A stretch of 64,000 bases of DNA, from positions 64,001 through 128,000 of the forward strand of contig CAVRJG010000053.1 of assembly GCA_963721455.1 (NCBI GenBank), read 5' to 3'. The notes below the pieces were generated by a model. The model saw only the letters and a program-made list of their open reading frames with translations. It was not told the origin of the DNA and did not search any database. Source of the DNA: an uncultured Methanosarcinaceae archaeon (GTDB lineage Archaea; Halobacteriota; Methanosarcinia; Methanosarcinales; Methanosarcinaceae). Positions 11,827 through 24,307 of the stretch are shown here, in pieces. Position 1 is the stretch's first letter; each line of letters opens with the position of its first letter. A program made the position numbers and the translations under genes.

Positions 11827-12237
11827 ATGGCTAATTTCAAAGTTGTAGTATCTGACCCAAAAGAGGGGCGTGCTTACCAGGTCGATTTAAAGGACGCTGA
11901 AGCAAACGCATTAATCGGAAAATCAATCGGTGAAGTTGTTGACGGTGCCATTTTCGGGCTCGCCGGATATAAAGTCAAGATCACTGGCGGCTGTGACGGC
12001 AGCGGTTTTGTTATGAAACCCGACCTTCCTGGCCCCAGAAGGCAGAGAATTCTGCTGGCAGTAGGTGTAGGTTATACTCCCAAGCTGCCGGGACAGCGCA
12101 GGAGAAAGATGATGCGCGGCAAGGAAATTGCTCATGACATCGTCCAGGTCAACGCCAAGATCGTTGAGTACGGAAGCAAATCCATAAAAGCTCTTCTCGG
12201 CCTCGAAGGCGGAGAAGCTCCAGCCCCAGCAGAGTGA
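11827..12237 (+). CDS. rps6e: 30S ribosomal protein S6e
   Basis: [29 protein letters not shown]. Confidence 0.96.
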   Translation: MANFKVVVSDPKEGRAYQVDLKDAEANALIGKSIGEVVDGAIFGLAGYKVKITGGCDGSGFVMKPDLPGPRRQRILLAVGVGYTPKLPGQRRRKMMRGKEIAHDIVQVNAKIVEYGSKSIKALLGLEGGEAPAPAE

Positions 12238-12244
12238 TTTCAAT

Positions 12245-12362
12245 CTCCCGCCCGCGGGCGGGATTTGAATATTCTCATTTTTGTTTTTCTTTTGTTTATT
12301 ATTGTTTTTTGTTTATTATTGTTTTTTGTTTATTATTGTTTTTTGTTTATTATTGTTTTTTT
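12245..12362 (+). terminator. GC hairpin followed by T-rich tract with ~17-bp tandem repeats (TTTTTTGTTTATTATTG)
   Basis: TCCCGCCC/GGGCGGGA inverted repeat directly after the rps6e stop, then oligo-T tracts. Confidence 0.6.
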
Positions 12363-12481
12363 CAGCATCTTCTCTCGATTTTCTTACTTTTCAAATTCTC
12401 AAAAAGATAAACTTAAAAATTTTTTAGGCTTTTCTGCCAGCATCTGAGCTAAAAAAGCCATGATTCTGTTCTCTAAAAAGG

Positions 12482-12889
12482 TCAGAGTAGCTTCTTTCCG
12501 GCTTCTGCTCCGGATTTGCACTCGTATACTTCAGTTATTTTCATAACTGCAAGGGCTTTTGCAGGGAACCTGTCCCCTATGCTCTTGACCATTTTGTACA
12601 TCTTTTCGTAGTCTTCCCCTTCGGTCTTGATCTCGAAGTCCCCTTTTATCTGGTAGCAGCCTTTGACCTCCGGTCCCCAGACATAGATTGCCCCCCGCGG
12701 GTTTTCTTCAAGGTTCTGGCGGGTCTTATAAAAATAATTGTCTGCAATCCAGATTGTTTCTCCGTCTTCCTGCAGCTTGCAAATGCCGATTGGCACCACG
12801 TTTGGTTCTCCGCCTTTAGATGCGGTTGCAAAGGGAAAAATCCTCATTTTTGCAAAGTCTTCCTTCATCTCGTTGCTCAGTTTCACCAT
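12482..12889 (-). CDS. Pyridoxamine 5'-phosphate oxidase family FMN-binding protein
   Basis: ATASKGGEPNVVP, DNYFYKTRQNLEENPR, YQIKG. Confidence 0.85.
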   Translation of the reverse strand: MVKLSNEMKEDFAKMRIFPFATASKGGEPNVVPIGICKLQEDGETIWIADNYFYKTRQNLEENPRGAIYVWGPEVKGCYQIKGDFEIKTEGEDYEKMYKMVKSIGDRFPAKALAVMKITEVYECKSGAEAGKKLL

Positions 12890-13142
12890 TTACTTTACCC
12901 CTTCATCGAATCAGTTTTTACTAATATGGCTGCAATCAATATATAACTTTGAAGGCATCAAAAACAAATAAATGTCAAAGGGCTCTGGTTCTATCTTATT
13001 TCCTTATAGGAAAAAATGCACGGAAAAAGTATAGGGAAAATATACAGAGAGTGCCGGAAAAAATAAAAAACGAATAGAAGGTTTAGAGAAAAAAGGCATA
13101 ATAAAGAAAAAACCGGAAATAAAGCCGGAAACCCATATAATC

Positions 13143-13754
13143 TTAGCAGTTAAATATTTTATTCAGGAAGTACTGGTGAATGCGCAGGTCATCGGTTAAT
13201 TCCGGATGGAAAGCAAGAGCCAGCACATTTCCCTGCTCTGCAGCAATAATCAGGTCTTCAAGCCTGGATAGCACGCGAACATCAGCCCCACAGCTCACGA
13301 TTCCGGGAGCCCTGATAAACACGCCGGTAAAAGGAGAATCGAGTATCTCAATTTCAAGTTCCGCCTCAAAAGAATCCCTCTGCCTTCCAAAAGCGTTCCT
13401 GTTGACTTTCGTATCCATAATCCCGAGCAATTCCTGGCTGGTCTTTTCCACCTGCTCATCCCCTTCCTTTGCAAGCACAATCAGCCCCGCACAGGTCCCG
13501 AGAATCGGAATCCCTCTCGCAGCCGCGTCCTTAATCTCTTCTGCAATTCCCTCACGAGCCAGCAGCCTGCAAAGCGTGGTACTTTCTCCTCCGGGAATCA
13601 CAATCCCGCCACATTTCGGGACAATTCCCTTATGCTTAATCGCAATTACCTCTGCATCTACCCCTCTCTCCGCAAGGGCTCTCCTTAAAGCATCGACATG
13701 CTCAGAAACCGCTCCCTGAATAGCGATTACACCTATCTTCATGAAAAACACCAT
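13143..13754 (-). CDS. pdxT: PLP synthase glutaminase subunit
   Basis: IPGGESTT, GTCAG, RNAFGRQ, FIRAP, FHPE. Confidence 0.96.
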   Translation of the reverse strand: MVFFMKIGVIAIQGAVSEHVDALRRALAERGVDAEVIAIKHKGIVPKCGGIVIPGGESTTLCRLLAREGIAEEIKDAAARGIPILGTCAGLIVLAKEGDEQVEKTSQELLGIMDTKVNRNAFGRQRDSFEAELEIEILDSPFTGVFIRAPGIVSCGADVRVLSRLEDLIIAAEQGNVLALAFHPELTDDLRIHQYFLNKIFNC

Positions 13755-13859
13755 TTTCCAGAAATTAATCCTTTATTTATTGATCAAAATACAAAAAAAT
13801 TAAATTGTTCTATTCTTACAGGCCTGTAAGAAAGAATCCATTTTTAAAAATTAAATTTT

Positions 13860-13975
13860 TAGCCCTCTTGAGCGAAAAGCAATGTTACTTGCCCATAAAT
13901 TAGTCCTCTCGAGCGCAGCGAGAAGGACCGTACGACGTACTGGCCCGAGGCGCAATTCGGGCGGCGCAACTAGGG
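13860..13975. repeat. GC-rich palindromic (REP-like) intergenic element between pdxS and pdxT
   Basis: GTCCTCTCG-AGCGCAG-CGAGAAGGAC hairpin plus CCCGA/TCGGG hairpin; degenerate copy TAGCCCTCTTGAGCG at about 13860. Confidence 0.5.
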
Positions 13976-13991
13976 TTTACTTACTGGTTTA

Positions 13992-14897
13992 TTACCATCC
14001 GCGTTCCTGAAGAGCTTCTCCTACAGGGATCATGTCTGCACTGATGCCTTTCATTCCGGCACCTACGCCTTTTGAGATCTCGGCGAGTTTTGCAGGGTTG
14101 TCGTAATTGTTGACGGCTTCAACGATTGCTTTTGCCATCTTCTCGGGGTTTTCGGCTTTGAAAATGCCTGAGCCTACAAAGACCCCGTCCGCTCCAAGAC
14201 GCATCATAAGAGCCGCGTCAGCAGGGGTTGCAATTCCTCCGGCTGCAAAGTTTACCACAGGCAGGCGCTGCATCTTTGAAGTTTCGATCACGAGTTCGAT
14301 AGGAGCTTCTATTTCCCTGGCAACCATTATCAATTCCTCTTTGGTCTTGCCGGAAAGCGCACGGATTTCTCCCTGGATCTGTTTCATGTGTTTTACTGCC
14401 TGGCTGACATCCCCTGTTCCGGCTTCTCCTTTTGTCCGGACCATGGCTGCCCCTTCGTTAATTCTCCGGAGAGCTTCTCCGAGGTTCCTGGCTCCGCAGA
14501 CAAAAGGCACGGTAAATTGTGTCTTGTCTATGTGGAAATAAGGGTCAGCAGGGGTCAGGACTTCGGATTCGTCCACCATGTCAACACCAAGTGCTTCTAA
14601 TATTTCGGCTTCGACGAAATGCCCTATTCTGGCTTTTGCCATTACAGGGATTGTAACCGTATCAATGATCTGCTGGACAATTTCAGGGTCTGCCATCCGA
14701 GCAACTCCCCCTGCTTTCCTGATATCTGCAGGGACAGCCTGAAGGGCCATAACAGCAACTGCTCCGGCTTCTTCTGCGATCCGGGCCTGTTCTGGAGTTG
14801 TCACGTCCATGATCACACCCCCCTTCTGCATCCTCGCAAAGCCCCGCTTGATAAGTTCGGTCCCGTGTCTTAATTTTTCAAAATCCATGAATGTCAT
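13992..14897 (-). CDS. pdxS: PLP synthase lyase subunit
   Basis: [44 protein letters not shown]. Confidence 0.97.
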   Translation of the reverse strand: MTFMDFEKLRHGTELIKRGFARMQKGGVIMDVTTPEQARIAEEAGAVAVMALQAVPADIRKAGGVARMADPEIVQQIIDTVTIPVMAKARIGHFVEAEILEALGVDMVDESEVLTPADPYFHIDKTQFTVPFVCGARNLGEALRRINEGAAMVRTKGEAGTGDVSQAVKHMKQIQGEIRALSGKTKEELIMVAREIEAPIELVIETSKMQRLPVVNFAAGGIATPADAALMMRLGADGVFVGSGIFKAENPEKMAKAIVEAVNNYDNPAKLAEISKGVGAGMKGISADMIPVGEALQERGW

Positions 14898-15598
14898 CCT
14901 CTCTGTTTTGATATATTTATAAGATCAATGCCGTGGGAAACCCTTTCCACGGGTGAAATGACGCATGGGTCTTTTCCATTGGTTGCAACCGACAGGTTGC
15001 GGTTTCAGTTAGTTATTTCTCCAGTGAATTGTAAATACGCTCAATAGTCAAAAGCATTATTTAAGTTATTCCTTATGAATAAGTACAGAATGAATTAACT
15101 GTACAATTGTTTAAAAATTATTTTCTTTTTGTCCTTTAATAGCAATATATTTCTTATGTCTGTCTGGTTCGTTCTGCCTCTTTAGCCATCGCATTGCAGA
15201 GCCTTACTGCGACTTTTTAGTCTGCTTCTATATTTTTGCTTGACGGTCTATTAACACTATCTCTGTCTTCATATAATATATATGATCCCTTCTTCAAGCC
15301 TTTGGCATCAATAAACTGCAACGTGTTTGCAGGTAACCAAGTCTTTGTTGAGAATTGAGTCATGGTCAACACGCTATTAAGCTCAATGGTTTGCATGCAC
15401 GCGCTAGAACCGAACTGAGACGATATAAAAATGTACGGTGATCTGCACAAACTTTCCAAATGTCGGGATACAAAGCGTCGAAATATTACCATAGTATGAA
15501 AACAAAAAACACATATATGGATATCATAACACATTTTTATTATAAATAGTCAAATTCATAGTTTTATATTCATTCTTGTTCACTGTTCGAATGTTAAT

Positions 15599-18271
15599 AT
15601 GAAACAATTGAAAAGTTTATGGATCACATCACTCTTTGTTATGTTTTTTGCATTTCTCCTATTGATGGGGATTGGTGTGGAACCAGTATCAGCTAATGTA
15701 TGGCATACCGAGACCGTTGATTCCGTGGGAGACGTCGGGTGGGTTCACTTCACTTGCTCTGGACCCGACCACTGGCTACCCCAGAATGAAGCTACACCAG
15801 GGTTTGCCAGAGGCTACATGAGAATATAATTATAAGACATACTGAGATCATTACATAAAAGATATTTTTTTCCGGGATAGCTTCTGGATTTCCGGTGACC
15901 TGAAGTATGCGGCTTACGATGGGTCGACATGGCATACTGAGACCATTGATTCCGAGGGATAGGTCGGGGGGTACACTTCCCTTGCTCTGGACCCGACCAC
16001 AGGCTACCCCAGGATAAGCTATTCGTGACTGACACAAACGATAGACCTGAAGTATGCGGCTTATGACGGGTCGACATGGCATACTGAGACCGTTGATTCC
16101 GAGGGAGATGTCGGGACTCACAGTTCCCTTGCTCTGGACCCGACCACAGGCTACCCCAGGATAAGCTATTACTGACGCAACAAACATGGACCTGAAGTAT
16201 GCTTCCCTTACTGCCTCAATGACCCCTCTGTCCCCGTAGCAAATTTCACAAGCAATGTTACTCAGGGTGTTGTTCCTCTAACAGTCCAGTTTACAGACTT
16301 TCTGAAAATGCAACTGGATGGAACTGGAACTTTGGAGATGGTCAGACATCTACGGCTACAGAATCCGAGCCATACTTATAATACCCCTGGAACTTACACA
16401 GTTAGTTTGAATGTAAGTAACGCTGACGGTTACAATATCTCGACAAAACCAGATTTAATTACTGTGGATTGACACCACCGGTAAGAAATGGTCTGGTTGC
16501 TTATTATGATGGCAATTTATCAGGGAATTCCCTGGTAGATCTCAGCGGAAATAACAATGCTGGTTATGCCACGAGTGTAACTCCAGGGACAAACCAGGAA
16601 ACTGGTGCGAATTATATAAACCTTAACGGTGTCGATAGTAGAATAGACGTTTCTAATAACGCGCAGGCTAGCATTTCCAGTCCTGTAACGGTTGAGTTCA
16701 TAGGGTCAATTAATGATTTCACGAGATATGGGGCACTTGTGAGCAAGCACAATAACTGGGGAAGTGATTGGTATTTGGCCTGTTCTTCTGACTCTCCTCA
16801 CAATCAAGCTCGTTTTGCTGCAACCACGGATAGCGGTTGGAAATTCTACGAATCAGATGCTGGTCTTGTTGCCGGGCAGGTATATCATATCGTAGCAACT
16901 TACGATAACAACACTTCTCATACTTACGTCAACGGTGAAGATTCAGGCTCCAGTACCTGGAATTCTCCAATAACAGGAGGTACTGAGAATATCACCATAG
17001 GCTCTGGCTACGGTTTAAATTACAGCAACTGCAGTATGTACACGTTTAGACTCTACAATAGAGCATTGTCTTCGGATGAAGTCTTACAGAATTACGAGTA
17101 TGATAGCTGGAGATATAATAAAAACAGGAAGACCCCTGCAATTACCTGGAATAACCCTGCTGACATAACCTACGGAACGGCACTAAGCAGCACTCAGTTA
17201 AATGCAAACGCTTCAGTGCCTGGTAGCTTTGTCTATACTCCAGCAGCAGGAACTGTATTAAGTGTAGGCACACATACATTGCACGTTGATTTCACACCTA
17301 CTGATACTGCAAACTATATTACAGCATCAAAAGATGTTACAATCAACGTAAATAGCAGTGTAACCCAAAAGACTCCTACAATTAGCTGGAATAACCCTGC
17401 TGACATGACCTACGGAATTGCATTAAACAGCACTCAGTTAAATGCAGTTGCAACTGATCCTGTCACTGGGAATAGCGTAACTGGAACTTTTGTCTATACT
17501 CCAGCAGAAGGTACCTTACTTGTCACAGGGATCCATACTTTACATGTTGATTTCACACCTACTGATACTACAAACTATATTACAGCATCAAAGGATGTTA
17601 CAATCAACGTTACACTTGCAGTACCTGTAACAGACGGTCTGGTTGTTTATTACGATGGTAATTTATCAGGGAATTCCCTGTTGGATCTCAGCGGAAACAG
17701 TAACACCGGCTATGCCACGAGTGTAACTCAAGGTACAAACCAGACAACAGGTGCAAGTTACATAAACCTTAACGGGGTCAACAGCAAAATAGACGTTTCT
17801 AATAACGCACAGACTAACGTTTCCAGTCCTGTGACTATTGAGTTCATTGGATCAATTAATAATTTCACGGAATATGGAGCAGTTGTGAGCAAGCACAATA
17901 ACTGGGCAACTGATTGGTACTTAGCCTGTTCTTCTGCCTCTCCTTACAATTATGCTCGTTTTGCTGCAGCCACGGATAGCGGTTGGAATAACTACGAATC
18001 AGATGCTAATCTTGTTGCCGGGCAGGTGTGTCATATAGTGGCAACCTATGATAACAACATTTCTCATATCTATATCAACGGTGAAGATTCAGGTTCCAGA
18101 ACATGGAATTCACCGATAATAGGAGGTACTGAGAATATCACCATAGGCTCTGGCTATGGATTACACTACTGTAACTGCAGTATGTACACTTTTAGACTCT
18201 ACAATAGAGCATTGTCTTCGGATGAAGTCTTACAGAATTACGAGTATGATCGCTGGAGGTATGTTCCTTAA
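15599..18271 (+). pseudogene. Frameshifted modular surface protein: signal peptide, ~3 propeller-type repeats, PKD domain, LamG - 2 Ig-like repeats - LamG (open ORF 16469-18271)
   Basis: Repeats WHTETVDS.GDVG...SLALDPTTGYPRISY...DLKYA in shifting frames (15700-16200); PKD signature WNWNFGDG...HTYNTPGTYTVSL; duplicated LamG-like domain (HIVATYD...YVNG...FRLYNRALSSDEV); two TWNNPAD.TYG.AL.STQLNA repeats. Confidence 0.75.
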
Positions 18272-18274
18272 AGA

Positions 18275-18503
18275 AGAGATGAAAGTCCAACTTTTTGGCC
18301 AGGGTACTATCAATGGCAGTCTTGCTCCAAAAAATGAAGAATACAAGTTCATGATCTGGGCCACTGATGGCAACCCCGACACTTTCCGGATAAAGATCTG
18401 GTGGGAGGACAATTCTGTTGAAAACATTGTGTACGACAACGATATGGAACAGCCTTTGGCGGTGGGGCCATCCAGGTTCACGCCAAATAACCCTATTTTT
18501 TAA
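18275..18503 (+). pseudogene. Orphan C-terminal fragment of a secreted-protein domain
   Basis: GQGTING...YKFMIWATDGNPDTFRIKIW...VYDN, with no N-terminus of its own. Confidence 0.45.
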
Positions 18504-19326
18504 TTTTTTAGATTCCTGAAGACTTTAAGGGTTATAGTCGCTGCCTATAGAGAAATACATCGAGTCTCTCGCCTGCAGGCGAGAGAACTCCCTTATTATT
18601 CATATATTAAAAAATAATAAATTTCTTTATAAGAAACAGCAAGATGGTCATATAGGATTATATTAAGACTAACCAACAGACTCTTTGAATTTAAATTTGT
18701 AGGGTTACTAACCATTATTTTAGTTGTTTCTACCAGTGTAATATCGTTTATATTAAGTGAATAGTACGTTAAAAATTTCTTTTAGGTTCGGCTTTCGGTT
18801 AATCTCACTTACAAGTGAGAAAAATGAATAAAAATAGTGGTAATTATCAGGACTATTAAAAATAATTTAATGGTTCCTTCAGGTTCTGAGATATAATATT
18901 TTCCCAGGACATAAGGCAAACAGGACTCGAAAAATCCTCTAAATGAGATCGTAATAGACCTGATACCAGAAGGAACGGAAAACCTCTGGAAACCGAAGAA
19001 TACCTGAGGCTGAAGAGCGCGGAACTGAATAAGGAAACACCACCGAACCTGAATCGACTCCGGCTTTTGAGTTTGGGCTTGCAGTTGCAGGTCTGGCCAC
19101 AGCATGTCGTTTCAGGCGCAGGTCATAAAACCCTCAACATGGATGGAGATATAATCCATAAACTTCAGCCCGGATAAAGAAACAATCTGTAAATTTCATC
19201 TGGAGGAGGCACATGTTATAAATCTCAGCGTGGACGCTGTGGTTACAACTTTAAAAGGGCCGGTTAATCCGGTCCTTAAAAATTCTTAATGAGCTTTTAC
19301 CGGATTTTTTGTAATGATTTTCGATT

Positions 19327-20367
19327 TCATTCAGTGCCTGTGTTGCTCACAAATTCTTTCTCTCTTCTGTACAGGCCGAGCTTTGTGCAGACAGCTACTG
19401 AAATCCAGATTGTTAATCCGGGAATGAAGGTTTTTAAAAATTCTATTAATGTAAAGTGGAGGTAATTTATCGTTCCAGACGTTTTAAACATGACATCAAG
19501 AATAAGGCTGGATGCTCCGAACAGCAGGAGTGCTATAAATACCCTTGAAGCTCTCTGTGCTGTACTTCCTGCATCATTCGGTGTCTCTTCCCGTATAATC
19601 AGGAAGTATGCAATATTCGTGCCAAGGAACAGGCCTGCTATATCGGAACTTACCAGGGATAAGGCTGTAAATAGAATAGGGATAACAAACATAAAGGAAT
19701 AAAAAAGTAGATTCCTGCGCTTCAAAGTGAGTTCAAAATTCTCTTTTTTGAAAAAATCATCTTTCAGAGGGCTTTTGAGAAACTGAGCAAAGATTATCAG
19801 TAAAATTAACCCTAAAGTGACCCCTCCCAGTACGTCTCCTAAGAAATGTCTTCCCAGATACATCCTTGAAAAAGCCACTATCACTATCATAAAAGGGGTC
19901 AGTCTTTTAATTATCCTGCTGTTGAAAATAATGGCGCTTCCTCCCCAGAGCGCAGTCGTAATTGAGACATGCCCGGAAGGAAAACCGAAAGGCGAACTGG
20001 TAAATGCTTCTTGAAGGCGAAATGCTTTAAGAACCTCTTTGTCGGGAAGCTTGATAATACCTTCCGGTCCGTTCCCATTAAAAGGTGACGTATTTTTCAT
20101 TCCTGATTCCAGGTTATGAACTCTATAATCTACAAAATCCGGCCTTGGAAATGCGATCAGCGCCTTCAGAACCTCAGTAATCATACCTGTCCATAGTAGT
20201 AGCTGGTACAGAAGAAAACCTTTTTTAAAGTCAACGCCGAAAGTGGTGATAATTGTTATGGCAATTAAAAACGAGGAAGATCCCATCGTAGTTATCAGAA
20301 TCATGAGAAACGTAAACCATTCGTTTCCAAGGGACTGCAGATAGATTATAGGTTCGGTCTGGAACAT
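19327..20367 (-). CDS. PAP2-family membrane phosphatase
   Basis: KALIAFPRP, FPSGH, SRMYLGRHFLGDV motifs; multiple TM helices. Confidence 0.9.
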   Translation of the reverse strand: MFQTEPIIYLQSLGNEWFTFLMILITTMGSSSFLIAITIITTFGVDFKKGFLLYQLLLWTGMITEVLKALIAFPRPDFVDYRVHNLESGMKNTSPFNGNGPEGIIKLPDKEVLKAFRLQEAFTSSPFGFPSGHVSITTALWGGSAIIFNSRIIKRLTPFMIVIVAFSRMYLGRHFLGDVLGGVTLGLILLIIFAQFLKSPLKDDFFKKENFELTLKRRNLLFYSFMFVIPILFTALSLVSSDIAGLFLGTNIAYFLIIREETPNDAGSTAQRASRVFIALLLFGASSLILDVMFKTSGTINYLHFTLIEFLKTFIPGLTIWISVAVCTKLGLYRREKEFVSNTGTE

Positions 20368-21087
20368 CTCTATAGCTCCCAGAAAGGTTGTTTTTCTGGA
20401 TTCGAATTGTATAATTTATTTTCTTCCTCAGAGGCTGGCAAAATGTAAAAAGTTTTTCGTCTTTGCCCCGGCGATTTCTCAATCCCAAAAACCTGTTCTC
20501 AGACGATTGAATTGTGTAAAGCTACTTCTGATCATTAACCAAAAAGATGATAATAAATTTCATAATTTTGTTACCTGGCCGGAGAACCGGCATTTCACTC
20601 ACGAGAATCAGGTCACTGCTCGACGTTTAGCCATGATTGATCCCACAAGTCGGAAAAGAACAGACATACTTTCTCAACTTTCCTTTTTATACCATAAAGG
20701 ATTTGTCTCTCCGGTGTCTCACCAGGCTGAATACAGGCAAGTTGACCAGGTTCCGCGTCTGCCGTTCTGAGCTAATCCATACTCAGAAGATTCTCGAAAT
20801 TTAAGTTTCGTCAGCGTAAAAGTTTAAGAATTGAGCCTCTAGCTCACTATTTTTCCGGGCTTTTCCAAAAAAATTAGCCCTTATGGTTTATATCCCTTAA
20901 CATATAATTTGTTATTAATATATATCAGGGATTTATCCGATTAATGTCCGGTTTATGCAGAGGCTCCGGTTTCCTGGGATATCCGGAATTTCTCTTACTG
21001 TGAAAATAGGGCATTAAAGATGTATGATATTTCCTGGCGTGTATTAGTGTGTATGTGTGTATTGGTGATATAATATTGTGGGGGTAA

Positions 21088-21990
21088 ATGGATTTCATGA
21101 ATAAATTAATCTTCTTTTTGCTTATAGTGAGCCTTTTTGGTGCTTTGGGCAGTACGGCTTCATCTCATTCTGATCCGGAAGCTATGCAACCCGTTTCCAA
21201 AGGTTTTGAAACCGCAGGAATCGTTTCCAATGAAACAGGGATCCAGTTCCCAGTTTCTGAGTCGCAGACTGTCGATGTCGAAACCGGAAACTGTTCAGTC
21301 CAGGTTCAGTCCGGAATGGTCAATATTACAGGTGACTTCCAGGCCTATCCTGCCTATACTGCAGCCCCGGCTGAAGAGGGAAATTATCCAGGCATAGTAC
21401 TGATTCATTCTTTTAAAGGGTTCCAGCCGGGTTATAAGACTATGGTGGACAGGATGGCAGCAGACGGGTACGTTGTGGTTGCTCCTTTCTGGCAGACATA
21501 TTCCGTCTCTCCGTCTGATGCAGACGTGGGAGCACTTATAAAGAACAGCACAGCTTACCTTGAGGGAAGGGACGACGTTAATTCCGAAAAATTGGGCCTT
21601 ACTGGCTTTTGTGCAGGCGGCAGGTATACGATGCTTTTCCTGCCCCAGATCAAGGAGTTCAAGTCCGGAGTCGCATGGTATGGTTTTCCCTATACAGGCG
21701 AATCTGAAATCCAGCCAGACAAGCCGGCCAGCCTGATAGACCAGCTTGACGCGCCTATGCTTATGATACACGGCAGCCGGGACCAATTTAGCAACGTTTC
21801 TGACATCTACAGATACGCAGGCGAACTGGATGCAGCTGACAAATACTTCGAACTGAAAGTTTACCAGGGCGAACCGCACGGCTTTATGATCACAGAAAGC
21901 GGAGAACTTTCCGAAAGTTTTGTTGCACAGGATGCATATGGGGAGATGACAGGCTTCTTTGACAGGACATTGAATAATTCGTCCCGGTAA
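21088..21990 (+). CDS. Secreted dienelactone hydrolase family protein
   Basis: GFCAGG nucleophile elbow, HGSRD, HGF; N-terminal signal peptide. Confidence 0.88.
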   Translation: MDFMNKLIFFLLIVSLFGALGSTASSHSDPEAMQPVSKGFETAGIVSNETGIQFPVSESQTVDVETGNCSVQVQSGMVNITGDFQAYPAYTAAPAEEGNYPGIVLIHSFKGFQPGYKTMVDRMAADGYVVVAPFWQTYSVSPSDADVGALIKNSTAYLEGRDDVNSEKLGLTGFCAGGRYTMLFLPQIKEFKSGVAWYGFPYTGESEIQPDKPASLIDQLDAPMLMIHGSRDQFSNVSDIYRYAGELDAADKYFELKVYQGEPHGFMITESGELSESFVAQDAYGEMTGFFDRTLNNSSR

Positions 21991-22248
21991 CTTGAGAGGG
22001 CATATCCTCTCATCAATTCATTCTATTTTTAATAAGACGGGAGCCTTTTCCTTTTTTCATAAAAAAGAGATCTGCGTTTTGCCTGTGGTCCTTAGAATTT
22101 CCTTTTAGCGCTTTGTTTTTACTCTTCATTATTCCCGGAAGTAAATGTAACTTTGTAACTCCCGAACACGATTTTTCAAAAAAGAAATATATCTTTAATG
22201 GTCTATATTATTATTTAATATAAAAGTCTGCGTCAGGAACACAGAATC

Positions 22249-23304
22249 ATGGTAAATATATTTTCTCACATAGGAGTAGGCCTTCTCATTGCCCTGGCTT
22301 TAGGCCTGAAAGGAAACAAACTGAAGGCTGTAGCCTTTCTCTCAATGCTTCCTGACCTGGACTTTATCCTGTACTCGGTATTTCTCTTTGCCAATAATAA
22401 CTTGAGCCTTGAGACCAGAAATCAGCTTTTTTACCTGATCGGGCACAGGGAGTTCATGCACTCGATCCTTTTCATTGTTCTCGTTACACTTCTTATCTGG
22501 TTTAAGACAAAGGATTGGCTTTTTACGGTTGGAGGGTTCCAATCCATTTTTTTCCATTCCTACCTGGATTATGTTACAAGCTGGAAAATGCGTCCCTTCT
22601 ACCCGTTCAGTACAGATGCTTCCGTTATGGGAGCAGTTTATTTCTTCGACCCTCTGTTAAATTTGCTCCCTATATTGCCTCTCTTTATTGTGATTATGGG
22701 AAATTTGAGCCACACGGGAAAACTCAAAGGAAAACTAAACAGCTTTTGCACTTTCATATCGAGGGTTGATGATAAGCTCTATGCCTCGCTGATTCTTGTG
22801 CTCCTTGTATGGCTTATTTTTATGCCCGTCTCAAAAGCTTTCCTGATCAACCGTATCTCCTGGGCAGAAGAAGCCGAAATAAGTTACCAGAATACCTATC
22901 CGGAATCCATGGACAAATTTCTAACGGCGTACTCATTTAATTCTACCCATTATAAAGTCCTGGAAATAAGCTACCTTTCAGGAATCGAGAGAAGTTCATA
23001 CGTCGAAAAAGTTTCTGTAGAGGGTGATGTCCCTGATGCTGCTGCCTATGTCAAAAGAGTAGAAAAGTTGTACCGGGCAGGCGTCCCCCAGGAAATCGAT
23101 TATCCGGTTTACTGTGTTTCCGAAAAAGAGGGTTATGTAACGGTTATCCTTAGCGACGCCAGAAATCCTTCTGTTAAAAAATGGGCTTATTTTAAATCGT
23201 TTTACAGGTTCGTTTTTGATAAGGAAAATGGAGAGGATTATGAGGTCTATGCAGGTATGCACGGAGGACTGGAGGGAAGATTAGGCAGGAACTGGTTTGG
23301 ATGA
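22249..23304 (+). CDS. Membrane-bound metal-dependent hydrolase (YdjM-like), paralog 1
   Basis: SH, LPDLD, HREFMHS, HSYLD motifs. Confidence 0.85.
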   Translation: MVNIFSHIGVGLLIALALGLKGNKLKAVAFLSMLPDLDFILYSVFLFANNNLSLETRNQLFYLIGHREFMHSILFIVLVTLLIWFKTKDWLFTVGGFQSIFFHSYLDYVTSWKMRPFYPFSTDASVMGAVYFFDPLLNLLPILPLFIVIMGNLSHTGKLKGKLNSFCTFISRVDDKLYASLILVLLVWLIFMPVSKAFLINRISWAEEAEISYQNTYPESMDKFLTAYSFNSTHYKVLEISYLSGIERSSYVEKVSVEGDVPDAAAYVKRVEKLYRAGVPQEIDYPVYCVSEKEGYVTVILSDARNPSVKKWAYFKSFYRFVFDKENGEDYEVYAGMHGGLEGRLGRNWFG

Positions 23305-23683
23305 ACCTTCAAATCACCAATTAGGATATTTTTGCATCGGAAATACAATGAAAACCACAGTTAGCCTCTTTCGGCACGGCAGCTAACAATAATAGATTCT
23401 GTTTTTCGCCTCTTTTCCCGTACCCGGACAATATTTATCACTTTTTTATTTCAATAAAATGGAAGTTTACTTCAATAAAACAAAAATCTACTCAATAGAG
23501 CAGAATTTTAGTAAATAAAAATGAATTTTACTTCAATAAAACAGAAATTCTTTTTTATAAAATAAGATTATTCCCGATTACCCTATTTCTAAAAATAAAA
23601 AAACTGTAATCGGAACAAGCATAGACACGCTAAAAAAATAATTGGTTAGTAATAATAGAAGTTTCCTGGCACTATATCTGGAG

Positions 23684-24307
23684 TTATTCCATGTGCATTT
23701 TTTGAACCTTCTTGAAGTACCTGTCGATTTCCTCCCAGTTGACTATATTCCAGAATGCGTCTATGAATTTGCCTCTTTCATTCTTGTAATCAATATAGTA
23801 AGCATGTTCCCACACATCGAGAGCCATGAGGATCGGATAATCCGGGATCACATTTACATTATGCTTTTCTATCTGCATGATCCCGAGCCTTTTGGTATCA
23901 TTACAGTAGGTTAATGCTGCCCATCCGGAGCCTTCCACACTTGATGCGACCTGGGTAAACTCTTTTTTAAACCTGTCAAAGTTTCCGAAGTCTTCTTTGA
24001 TCACGTCGGACAATTCACCTACAGGTTCTTTGCTTGCATTGCTTGCAGGAGTCATCTCCCACCAGAAATAGTCGTGAAGGACATGCCCGCCCAGATTAAA
24101 AGCTACAGCCTTTGCAGTTGCCTTATAATCAAAATCCGTTCCTTCTGCCCTTGCCTTGTCCATCATTTGCAAAAGCGAATTCACATTGGTCACATAAGCC
24201 TGATGGTGTTTGTCATGGTGTATCCGCAGCTGTTCTTCGGAAATATAAGGTGCCAGGTCTGCATAACCATATTTCAAAGCCGGTAATTTGTACATCTCTT
24301 TAGCCAT
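23684..24307 (-). CDS. sod: Fe/Mn superoxide dismutase
   Basis: [30 protein letters not shown]. Confidence 0.96.
   Translation of the reverse strand: MAKEMYKLPALKYGYADLAPYISEEQLRIHHDKHHQAYVTNVNSLLQMMDKARAEGTDFDYKATAKAVAFNLGGHVLHDYFWWEMTPASNASKEPVGELSDVIKEDFGNFDRFKKEFTQVASSVEGSGWAALTYCNDTKRLGIMQIEKHNVNVIPDYPILMALDVWEHAYYIDYKNERGKFIDAFWNIVNWEEIDRYFKKVQKMHME

Noticed and set aside
18940-19260. Possible gene remnants between the surface protein and the PAP2 gene
   Set aside because: Only short, stop-interrupted fragments; family cannot be assigned by eye
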